A stretch of 26,346 bases of DNA from an uncultured Deinococcales bacterium (GCA_964244895.1 CAXTKV010000050.1:1-26346), one strand, 5' to 3'. Counted from the stretch's first letter, positions 17,149 to 24,827 are shown. Notes: a model not told the origin generated them from the letters alone. Numbers and translations are program-made.

Positions 17149-17826
17149 ATGACGGTCGAACCCTATGCGGAAATCGAGGGCAGCGGGCGCACCGGGCCAT
17201 CGCGGGCGATCCTCCTCTACGGGGGTCGCTTCGCCAGCGTTCACGCCATCGAGCGCGGCGAACTCGCGCCGGGCCGGGCGCTCTCGAGCGAGGCCCTGCG
17301 CGAGGCGCTCGAGGCCCTGTGCGGCGCGAGCCTCGAGTGGTTGCCCGCGAACGTGCTCGCCTTCGGCGCGGGGCGGCTCGTCTGGTGCGAGCCGCCCCAG
17401 ACTCGAGCGCTCTTCTTCGAGACGGGCGATGCCGCGCTCGATTCGCTCTCGGGTCGCGCCTTCCCCGTGCCGGGGTTGGTCTTCGCGGCCTCCGCGAGAT
17501 CGCTCTGCGTCTGGGCCTACCGGGGCGAGCACCGTCCAGAGTCGAACGAAGACCTCTTCGTCGCGCCGTTCTTCAACGTCGCTCGAGGCAGCGTCTGCCT
17601 CGGCTCGATGCGGGTGCCGGAGGTCTTCGATGCCGGATGCGGCGAGGCCTGGTCGGCCTCGTTCTTCGCGGCGGCCTTCACCCACCAGACGCAACCCGGG
17701 GCGCTCACCAGCTTCGGCGGCAGCCAGGCCGAACTCTGGCTCGAGAGCGGGCGTCGGGGGGCTTTCGATCCCGCCTGGCTCGTGCCCGCGAACACCGTTC
17801 TCGAGGCGGCGATCCGCCGTGAATGA
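17149..17826 (+). CDS. PRTRC system protein B (prokaryotic E2 family D)
   Basis: AILLY, ASVH.I, LP.NVL, LVW..P...R.LFF, P.PGLVF, LF.APFFNV..GSVCLGS, W...FF...FTH; GGGGAGG RBS. Confidence 0.88.
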   Translation: MTVEPYAEIEGSGRTGPSRAILLYGGRFASVHAIERGELAPGRALSSEALREALEALCGASLEWLPANVLAFGAGRLVWCEPPQTRALFFETGDAALDSLSGRAFPVPGLVFAASARSLCVWAYRGEHRPESNEDLFVAPFFNVARGSVCLGSMRVPEVFDAGCGEAWSASFFAAAFTHQTQPGALTSFGGSQAELWLESGRRGAFDPAWLVPANTVLEAAIRRE

Positions 17827-18598
17827 GCACCATCTGGCCGACGACCTGCGAGGCAAGCTCGAGAACCCCTGGGGTGCAGGCTGGCGGGTGGTGCTGGTCG
17901 GGGCGGGCGGCAACGGCAGCAAGGCGCTGGTCGGCTTGAAGAACCTCTCGTTGGCGCTCGAGGCGATCGGCTGGCGCGGACTCGAGGTCACGGTCTACGA
18001 CCCGGATACCGTCTCGGAGGCGAACCTGGTGCGTCAGGCCTTCTACGCCTGCGACGTGGGCCGCAACAAGGCGGTGACGCTGGTCAACCGGCTGAACCTC
18101 TCGTGCGGGCTCGACTGGAAGGCGTTGCCGGTCGCGTTCGGACCGGTGCGCTCGAGCCCGTGCGAGTTGCTGGTGAGTTGCGTCGATTCCGGCGAGGACC
18201 GCTTGGAGGTTTCGAAGGCCGCGCACATGGCGCGCTACTGGCTCGACCTGGCCAACGGTGAGACGTACGGGCAGGCGGTGCTCGGCCAACCCAAGCCTCC
18301 GGGCGCGACCTCGAGGCGGGGCCGTCTGCCGACGGTGGCGGAGCTCTTCCCCTCGATCCTCGAGCCGGACGAGGCGCGCGGTCCGTCGTGCAGCGCGAGG
18401 GAAGCATTGTCCCGGCAGGATTTGTTCGTCGGGGATGCGGTCGTGACGCTCGGGTTGAACCTCGTCTGGCGCTTGCTCAGACATGGCCAGATCGAGATCC
18501 ACGGCGGGTTCGTGAACCTCGAGACGGGCTGCGCCACGCCATTGGCGGTCGGTGCGAAACACCAACCACCGCGTTCTCGATCCGGTGCTCGAGGTTAG
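17819..18598 (+). CDS. PRTRC system ThiF-family (E1-like) protein
   Basis: VVLVGAGGNGS, YDPDTVSEANLVRQ.F...DVG.NKA..LV.R.N, SCVD, YWLD.AN....GQ.VLG, PSCSA.EAL.RQ.LF. Confidence 0.92.
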   Translation: MNEHHLADDLRGKLENPWGAGWRVVLVGAGGNGSKALVGLKNLSLALEAIGWRGLEVTVYDPDTVSEANLVRQAFYACDVGRNKAVTLVNRLNLSCGLDWKALPVAFGPVRSSPCELLVSCVDSGEDRLEVSKAAHMARYWLDLANGETYGQAVLGQPKPPGATSRRGRLPTVAELFPSILEPDEARGPSCSAREALSRQDLFVGDAVVTLGLNLVWRLLRHGQIEIHGGFVNLETGCATPLAVGAKHQPPRSRSGARG

Positions 18599-18630
18599 AC
18601 TGCGCCGTGGAAACTGCCTCGGATGACACA

Positions 18631-18661
18631 ACTTGACTAAGTGAACTTAGTCAAGTAGCAT
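18631..18661 (+). promoter_or_regulatory. Toxin-antitoxin promoter with overlapping palindromic operator
   Basis: ACTTGACTAAGT-GA-ACTTAGTCAAGT (12-bp arms, 18631-18656). TTGACT (18633) and TAGCAT (18656) are 17 bp apart. Confidence 0.85.
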
Positions 18662-18677
18662 CCAGGCGAGGAACACC

Positions 18678-18962
18678 ATGCGCCAAGTCAACGTCCACGA
18701 AGCCAAAACCCACCTCTCGCGCCTGCTCGAGCAGGTCGAGGCGGGCGAAGAGATCATCCTCGCGCGCGGCGGCACGCCGATCGCCCGGCTGACGCGCTAC
18801 ACCCCGGATGCGCCCGCCGGGCGCACGCCCGGTCGACTCAAGGGCCAGATCGTTGTTCACCCCGGCTTCCTTGAGGCTGACGTGGCCCTCGAGAAAGCCT
18901 TCGGCGATGGCGAGCTGTTCCCGAGGGCCAAGCCGCCGCACCGCGCCCGGAAGCCCCGGTGA
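18678..18962 (+). CDS. Type II antitoxin, Phd/YefM family
   Basis: VNVHEAKTHLSRLLEQVEAGEEIILARGGTPIARL; GAGG RBS. Confidence 0.93.
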   Translation: MRQVNVHEAKTHLSRLLEQVEAGEEIILARGGTPIARLTRYTPDAPAGRTPGRLKGQIVVHPGFLEADVALEKAFGDGELFPRAKPPHRARKPR

Positions 18963-19342
18963 CGGACCTGCTGCTGGACACGCACATCCTCCTGTGGTGG
19001 CAGGCCGACGACCCCGCGCTCTCCAAGAAAGCCAGGCGGTTGATCGCCGACGCGGATCGCCGGGTGGTGGTCTCGGCGCTCTCCTTGTGGGAGATCGCGA
19101 TCAAATCGGGTCGGGGCAAGCTCACCGCCGACGCGCGGCTCGTGCGCGACGCGATCCTCGACGACGGCTTCGAACTCCTCGGCTTCAGCGCCAGCCACGC
19201 GCTCGAGGTCGCGGCGCTCCCGGCGATCCACAACGACCCCTTCGACCGAGGATTGATCGCCACGGCCCGCGCGGACGGTCTCTCACTCGTCACGAGCGAC
19301 GAACTCTTGAAGGGGTACGGCGCGGGCGTGATGATGGTTTGA
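18959..19342 (+). CDS. vapC: Type II toxin, VapC/PIN family
   Basis: LLLDTHILLW, VSALSLWEIAIK...GKL, H.DPFDR.LIATA....L.LVTSD; GTGA overlap with the antitoxin. Confidence 0.93.
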   Translation: MTDLLLDTHILLWWQADDPALSKKARRLIADADRRVVVSALSLWEIAIKSGRGKLTADARLVRDAILDDGFELLGFSASHALEVAALPAIHNDPFDRGLIATARADGLSLVTSDELLKGYGAGVMMV

Positions 19343-19368
19343 GACCTGACGATTTCGGAGGTTTGCGC

Positions 19369-19752
19369 ATGAACGATACGACGTTGAAGGCGCTCCGGCT
19401 CGAGACCGAGGACGCCGTCGCCGAGGCGATGCTGGCCTTCGAATACGAGGACGAGGAAGACGCCCCGCACAAGCAGGTGGTTCGCCGCCTGGCGCGGGTC
19501 GCGCTCGAGGCCGCTCTCGGGCGACGCGGTGCAGAGGCGTTCGCCTCGTTGTGCCGGGGCCAAGCTGGAGCAGCGCCGGTGTCGGGCGACCCCCTCGAGC
19601 GGGCTAGGGCGATTCTCGAGGAGTTCGTTACCGATGTAGAGAGGGTCGGGCGGGCCGCGCTCGACGAGGAGGACGGGTCAGCATTCTGGCCGGATCTCGG
19701 GTTCACCTACGACCGGGCCAAAGCGTTTCTGAGCAAGGATGCGGCTCGATGA
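19369..19752 (+). CDS. hypothetical protein (127 aa, acidic)
   Basis: GGAGG RBS before ATG 19369; ATGA overlap with the next ORF. Confidence 0.7.
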   Translation: MNDTTLKALRLETEDAVAEAMLAFEYEDEEDAPHKQVVRRLARVALEAALGRRGAEAFASLCRGQAGAAPVSGDPLERARAILEEFVTDVERVGRAALDEEDGSAFWPDLGFTYDRAKAFLSKDAAR

Positions 19753-20015
19753 AGATCATCGTGACCGACGTGCGTACCGGCGATCACGTTCCGACATCCC
19801 TGGTGTTCAGCGGCCCGCGAGACGAGGTCTGGGACGAGTGGCAAAGCAGGGTCTGGCCGCTGCTCGTGCCGGTCGAACGCACGCGCTTCGAGGTCGCATT
19901 GCTCGGCGACGATGGCGAACTGCTCGAAGTCGGTGGACTCGATGAGCGGGGTTTCACGCGGCTCAACGAGGCGCCCCCTTCGCCCGTCGAGATCGCCGTC
20001 CCATTCGAGCCCTGA
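19749..20015 (+). CDS. hypothetical protein (88 aa, acidic)
   Basis: Translationally coupled; high-GC3 codons. Confidence 0.65.
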   Translation: MKIIVTDVRTGDHVPTSLVFSGPRDEVWDEWQSRVWPLLVPVERTRFEVALLGDDGELLEVGGLDERGFTRLNEAPPSPVEIAVPFEP

Positions 20016-20044
20016 ACTCGCGTGCCCTTCGGGGGGATTCCTTC

Positions 20045-20079
20045 ACTCGAGAACACCGCTCAAGACGGTGTTCTCGAGT
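20045..20079. repeat. Perfect 14-bp inverted repeat (terminator-like or structural hairpin)
   Basis: ACTCGAGAACACCG-CTCAAGA-CGGTGTTCTCGAGT; no U-tract. Confidence 0.75.
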
Positions 20080-20486
20080 CAGGCCGCGCTTTGATCTGCG
20101 GCCCGCCCGGAAGTGTGGTGATGCGCGATGATGGTGGCGATCACACACGCGCCGATCCTGGGGGTGATCGCCCTCGTCGAGGCGATAGGCTCCTCGCGCG
20201 AGGAGGCTGCACGGATCGCCCAGCGGAAGCTCGAGATCCGCGAGGACCACGAGTCGGGCTGCCGTTTCGTGCGCGTGTTCGAGGCCGAGGACTGGACTCG
20301 CCACGGCCTGAACTCAAGCCAGTCGCCACCGGACTCGTCCCGCACGCGCCATCGGGAGCGCTGGGCGACTGGCACGGGCGACCCTCGGGCGGCCCTCGCC
20401 GTCCGTCACGGCGACGCGGGCCGTGAAGCCACCCACCCTGCGCGCCCACGCTCGGGCCACCGCTCGAGCCGCCCAGGCTCTGGGTT

Positions 20487-20657
20487 GTGCTGGCCTTCCG
20501 CATGGTCGGACGGTGTGCGGTCGTCCTCGGCTGCCGTCAAGCCCGACGCTGCGCGTCTCGAGCTTCGCGCCCGGAACCCCACCGGGCGCTCCGGGCTTGA
20601 CCGCGCGTCGCACGGTTTGAAGCGACCGGTCGAAAAGAGAGGAAGGCAGGCCAGCAC
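20487..20657 (+). promoter_or_regulatory. Long branched stem-loop, candidate single-stranded-DNA (Frpo-like) promoter
   Basis: GTGCTGGCCT(20487)/AGGCCAGCAC(20648) outer stem, GTCAAGCCCG(20536)/CGGGCTTGAC(20592) inner stem, and two internal hairpins GACGC/GCGTC and GCGCCCGG/CCGGGCGC. Confidence 0.6.
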
Positions 20658-20745
20658 ACCCCCTGGCCCCGGAACGAGAAGACCCCGAGAGTTAGAGGCT
20701 CTCGAGGTCTACATCTCACTCGTCCCGAAGGAAGAGAGGCCTGGA

Positions 20746-21630
20746 ATGGCGACCCTCAGTGTACAGCAGTTCATCTCGCATCTGCCCAGAGAGCAAGCCG
20801 TCTGCAAGTTGGGCACCAAGGAATCGATGCTCGAGCACCTCAGGCAGTTGTACCGAACGGACGAGTTCTCCCGGCGGGCGCTCGATCAGGCGGCGCGGGC
20901 CAGGGCGCAGGGTGAGCGGGTGCGGGTCGAGACGGCGGACCGCTGGGAGCGCACGGCGGCGGGCGCGGTCATGGCGGCGGTCTTGAGGCTCTCGGCGCGG
21001 TTGCCGAAGCCCGAGAAGACGCTGCGGGTCTACCGCGACGAGGCGAGGTGCGATCCCGAAATCAAGCCGAGGCTCAAGCGCTGGTGGGCCGGGTACAACG
21101 GCGTGCGCTTCCGGGCGACGCTCGAGGACATCGTCCCGGCGAAAGCGATGGAAGCGGCGGAACGGCTCACGGCGATGCCGTTGGCGTACACCCAGGGTCG
21201 GCTCGAGGCGCGCGGGTGCGGACCCGAGATCGAGGTCGGCGAGCGGCTCGAGCGTGCCGAAGGTCGGAGCGGGTTCACGATCAGCGCCGGGCACTTCGAG
21301 CGCGAACCGCGGGCCTTCGAGGGCGTGGCGGTGCTCGAGGTCGAGGGCGTCGAGATCGCGCGGGTCGGGTGCTGGGCAGAACTCGAGTTCAAGCCTCGAG
21401 TTGAGCGCGACGATCGCATCCGGGGCGGCACGGCGCGGCTCGTGAAGGCGCCGAAGAACCACCGCTCACTGCGGCTCGGCGAGGAGCGCGTGATCGAACT
21501 CCGCTGCGGGCCGAACGGAACCTGGGAGCGCCTGTTCGGCCTCGGCGTCAAGGGCGGGATGGTCTGGGTGCGCGGCACGGCCGACGTCGAGGTCTTGAGG
21601 ATCGTCGCCAGGCGAGCGATGCTCGCCTGA
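20746..21630 (+). CDS. hypothetical protein (294 aa)
   Basis: Purine-rich RBS (GAAGAGAGG) before ATG 20746. The protein-like part of ORF 20128..21630. Confidence 0.7.
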   Translation: MATLSVQQFISHLPREQAVCKLGTKESMLEHLRQLYRTDEFSRRALDQAARARAQGERVRVETADRWERTAAGAVMAAVLRLSARLPKPEKTLRVYRDEARCDPEIKPRLKRWWAGYNGVRFRATLEDIVPAKAMEAAERLTAMPLAYTQGRLEARGCGPEIEVGERLERAEGRSGFTISAGHFEREPRAFEGVAVLEVEGVEIARVGCWAELEFKPRVERDDRIRGGTARLVKAPKNHRSLRLGEERVIELRCGPNGTWERLFGLGVKGGMVWVRGTADVEVLRIVARRAMLA

Positions 21631-21784
21631 GCGGATTCGTGGCTGGGGCGGCGTGCGCTGCCCCAGCCGTGTTGTCTTAGTCAATCGAGTGCGGCTGGCT
21701 CGCCGTGCGACCGGACGCGGGTGGACGGGTGATGGACGAGGCGATGGCGTTGGTTTCGGTCGCGCTCGGTTGGCGCGAGTCGTC

Positions 21785-21824
21785 CCAGACTTTGGAACTT
21801 ACAGCCAGACTTTGGAACTTACAG
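21785..21824 (+). repeat. Perfect 20-bp tandem duplication
   Basis: CCAGACTTTGGAACTTACAG x2, then a partial CAGACTT. Confidence 0.9.
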
Positions 21825-21901
21825 ACTTCAAAAGATTGTGGTGTCCAACATCGAGGCTCGACCGGGCACGGGATCGCCGAAGGCTGATTTTGGTTAAAAA
21901 G

Positions 21902-22513
21902 TCATGGACTTTCTGCAATACGTTGTTCTAAATCAGCCTTGGCTTTATATGCGTTTTGGCGAGCATCCTCGATCTGCTGATCGAGTTCCTTTAAACGTTC
22001 GTGCGCGACGACATCGCTATTGCCGATGAGGTTTGAGCGCTCAATCCAGGCAGCATGAAGCCCACGTAGCATCTCCAGTTCTTCGACCCGAATTAAAGCC
22101 ATACTTACGGCATCTTCTAACTTGCTCAACACATCGCTAGGCTCAGGTAGATCTACGGCTTGGTGGTTGGGATCGAGCAATGCCAACTCGGTTTGAAGGT
22201 TAACGATCCGGCTCCGAGTTCGCTCTAGTTCTTCTTCCGACCACCGATGCCAATGCTCACCAAGGGATGGTTCTCTCAGTTCACGCTGCAACTGGTGTGC
22301 AAACTGAAGTGCCCTTGAAAGGCGGGACCTCACAGTTTCGACAGTTACAGGTTTTTGGGTGGCGGTGGCAGCACGTTCTGCTTCGGCGAGGCTGACCTCG
22401 CTGTCCTTACGAACCGCCTCATAGAATGAGAGTTCGGCTGGAGTGGCCACTTGCTCTAGTTTAGCCAGTGCCTTGAGTTGGCGGCGGTAATATTCAATCG
22501 CAGAAATTGACAC
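21902..22513 (-). CDS. hypothetical coiled-coil protein (~203 aa)
   Basis: AAGGAG RBS before GTG 22513; helical, charged sequence; last gene of the minus-strand operon. Confidence 0.7.
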   Translation of the reverse strand: MSISAIEYYRRQLKALAKLEQVATPAELSFYEAVRKDSEVSLAEAERAATATQKPVTVETVRSRLSRALQFAHQLQRELREPSLGEHWHRWSEEELERTRSRIVNLQTELALLDPNHQAVDLPEPSDVLSKLEDAVSMALIRVEELEMLRGLHAAWIERSNLIGNSDVVAHERLKELDQQIEDARQNAYKAKADLEQRIAESP

Positions 22514-22534
22514 GCTTCGCTCCTTCATTGATCT

Positions 22535-24253
22535 TTACTTGGACAGCAGTTGTCGAAAGGCTGTCGTGTCAATCTCACCTGCCAAAAGCGCTTCGAGATT
22601 CTTCTGGAGATGTTCACGCTCGACACGCAAGTGTCCACCCAGAGTTCGTGGAACGAGGCCGTGCGTCCGCGCAACTTCGAGGGCTAAACGGTGCCAAGTT
22701 GGACCGTTCATCTCAGCCACTCGAACCAAGTGATACGCAATTAGGGCAGGAGGGACAACAGGTTGCAAGTGCCACTGATCACCACGCTGAACAAGCAATG
22801 CGTCGCGCATCCGCTTGCGCTCGACGTGTTGGTCGCGCGAGAGTTGTGCGTTGAGTCCGAAAGCCTCCAGTGTTGTCTGCACGAACGGCAGTCTCGATGG
22901 AATGCCTCGACCATGAACGCAGATTGATCGTCCATCTTTGAACACACTTGGAATCGCGGCGTCTGCGACCTCTGAAATTGAGAATGGCGAGAGTGCCAGA
23001 AATGCTGCCGCGATGGGATGCCGAAGCGTCAGCCGTCGAGCCAATCCCTCACGTGTTTTTGAATTCGGTGCTTTGGTAAAGAGTTCTCGTATTTCCGCAC
23101 AAAGCTGCGATACAGGAGCAATGTCTTCGCCAGCAAAGTGAAGTGCGATCTCGAGTTTAAGCCCGGCAAGTAACATCGCTACGTCTGGCATTCTCGATGA
23201 GCTGTGACGCACGCGCTGAGCTGCCAGAAGCGGCTGTCCAAGGCGCAGTAAAGCAAGTCCTTGAAACCACTCAATTTTTGGCAATACTGTTGCGCTGGTT
23301 GGTCGCCAGTGGCGAAACATCTCAAGGATCGCTCTAAGGGCGTCTGCATCGGGATGCCCTGCATTGGTTGCCAGGAGTTGATAGGCGCGGACTTGCACGT
23401 CATAGTTCCCTGAAGGGCAAACTTTCACAGCCTCAGTTGCACTCAGGACTCCGGTTGTGGCGCGAATGTACTGCAAGCTAGAGGCTGCAATTGGATCTTC
23501 GGGTTTTTCTGTGACCGCCGCATTTATTAACTCGCTCGCAAGTTCATCGTCACCGAGACGGAGCCAGATGAGGGCACTGTTGATAGTTGCACACCGCTGC
23601 TGTATCGATTTTGGCTTCGCATTGATCGCCACGAAGTCGTATTGCTCAAGCGCGTCTAACAGGTTCTCAGATCGCAGTGAGGCGAGACCAAAAAGTAAGC
23701 GAACCGCTAAATGAAGCACTGGTGCTTTTAGCCACTTGCTTGGAAGCACGGCCTCACTGGCGAGATCGAGGGCGCGATTGTACGATTGGTGTTCAACGTG
23801 TATTTCAGCCTGTGTTAAAAGGAGCTGGACCTCGGCTTCGACCGAAAATGGAGTTTTCAGAGGTGACTGTCGGATTTCGTCAAGCGCTCGCTCGAGCGCC
23901 CGTAGCGATGCCGTACTACGCGGAGCATTCGCAGTGGGCTTTGAACCTTCAAGTGCGGCCTCATGACGTGCCAATTGAGCGAGTGCGTGTCCACGTATCG
24001 CGGGGTCGTCAGACAGCAGTCCCATTCCGGCGAATTCGAGCCAGCGCTCATTGTCTCCAGCTAGGCAGTAAAGGTGGGCTGCCCGAATGGCAGCGATGAA
24101 ACCGCCAACTTTGGCGACGCGTGTTGCGAGTTCATGATTCTGATAACCTGACGAACGCTCAGATGCGACCCACCTATAGAATGCTTCTGGGTCGATGAGA
24201 TTCGGGATGTTGTGCGGTGCAAGCCGATCTTCCTGATCGCGGAACGATTTCAT
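22535..24253 (-). CDS. TPR-like all-helical protein (572 aa), putative peptide receptor/regulator
   Basis: Repeated TPR-like segments: AEIHVEHQSYNRALDLA, GLASLRSENLLDALEQY, ALIWLRLGDDELASELI, GLALLRLGQPLLAAQRV. ATGA overlap with the thioredoxin stop. Confidence 0.65.
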   Translation of the reverse strand: MKSFRDQEDRLAPHNIPNLIDPEAFYRWVASERSSGYQNHELATRVAKVGGFIAAIRAAHLYCLAGDNERWLEFAGMGLLSDDPAIRGHALAQLARHEAALEGSKPTANAPRSTASLRALERALDEIRQSPLKTPFSVEAEVQLLLTQAEIHVEHQSYNRALDLASEAVLPSKWLKAPVLHLAVRLLFGLASLRSENLLDALEQYDFVAINAKPKSIQQRCATINSALIWLRLGDDELASELINAAVTEKPEDPIAASSLQYIRATTGVLSATEAVKVCPSGNYDVQVRAYQLLATNAGHPDADALRAILEMFRHWRPTSATVLPKIEWFQGLALLRLGQPLLAAQRVRHSSSRMPDVAMLLAGLKLEIALHFAGEDIAPVSQLCAEIRELFTKAPNSKTREGLARRLTLRHPIAAAFLALSPFSISEVADAAIPSVFKDGRSICVHGRGIPSRLPFVQTTLEAFGLNAQLSRDQHVERKRMRDALLVQRGDQWHLQPVVPPALIAYHLVRVAEMNGPTWHRLALEVARTHGLVPRTLGGHLRVEREHLQKNLEALLAGEIDTTAFRQLLSK

Positions 24254-24585
24254 GACTTGACTGTATTTTCAATCAATCGGTCTAAGTGCTCGCGATAGGT
24301 TTTCTTCGGATACGACGAATACAACACATCGCTCGGTTGTCCGTCAACGAAGTAAATTACAGTGGGCACACCAAGGACGCGATTTCGAAGTGCAAGCGTC
24401 ATTTCCTTGACAGTATTCACACGACCGAAAGTTGCGATGCCCGCATACTCGTCCGCCAATTCAGCGATTGCGGGCGTGACGATCTTACATGGTGAGCAAT
24501 CAGGAGACCAGAATTCGACAACGGCGATGCCGCTTGCGAGTACCGCGTCGAAATTATCGTCGGTCAGATTGATGGCGTTCAGCAT
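24250..24585 (-). CDS. Thioredoxin family protein
   Basis: 111 aa. LTDDNF..V, VVEFWSPDCSPCK...P, cis-Pro loop GVPT.IYF.DG; GAGGAG RBS. Confidence 0.9.
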   Translation of the reverse strand: MLNAINLTDDNFDAVLASGIAVVEFWSPDCSPCKIVTPAIAELADEYAGIATFGRVNTVKEMTLALRNRVLGVPTVIYFVDGQPSDVLYSSYPKKTYREHLDRLIENTVKS

Positions 24586-24598
24586 TGGCTCCTCACAA

Positions 24599-24757
24599 TC
24601 AATTCTTGATTGACGCTCCATCGCCACAGAAGGGTCGGCAGAGTTGTCCAGGCATATCAAGCTGCGGTGGATGTTGGTTCGGATTTGCTGCGAAAATTGG
24701 AGGAAGTCCGACAAGCAGAACCATGAGTGCCGCAAGCATCAGTTTCGACTTTTTCAC
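24599..24757 (-). CDS. Small secreted peptide precursor (52 aa) with CRPFC motif
   Basis: AGGAGG RBS, GTG start. MKKSK n-region, LMLAALMVLLVGL h-region, PPIFA/A cleavage region; mature part about ANPNQHPPQLDMPGQLCRPFCGDGASIKN. Confidence 0.78.
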   Translation of the reverse strand: MKKSKLMLAALMVLLVGLPPIFAANPNQHPPQLDMPGQLCRPFCGDGASIKN

Positions 24758-24787
24758 TTTGAGCCTCCTGGCAATCACCTTAGCAAA

Positions 24788-24827
24788 GGTTCGGCAATTG
24801 TTGGCGCAATGTTCGGGTTTTGTTCGG
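24788..24827 (-). promoter_or_regulatory. Four heptamer direct repeats at 11-bp period upstream of the peptide gene
   Basis: + strand GGTTCGG (24788), TGTTGGC (24799), TGTTCGG (24810), TGTTCGG (24821). Confidence 0.6.

Noticed and set aside
15781..17991. 736-aa minus-strand ORF
   Set aside because: Low-complexity antisense shadow of the PRTRC genes.
20128..21630. Single 500-aa protein
   Set aside because: The middle section translates a structured non-coding element; a better start with RBS is at 20746.
21785..21824. Possible CRISPR array
   Set aside because: Only two adjacent copies with no spacer, and no cas genes.
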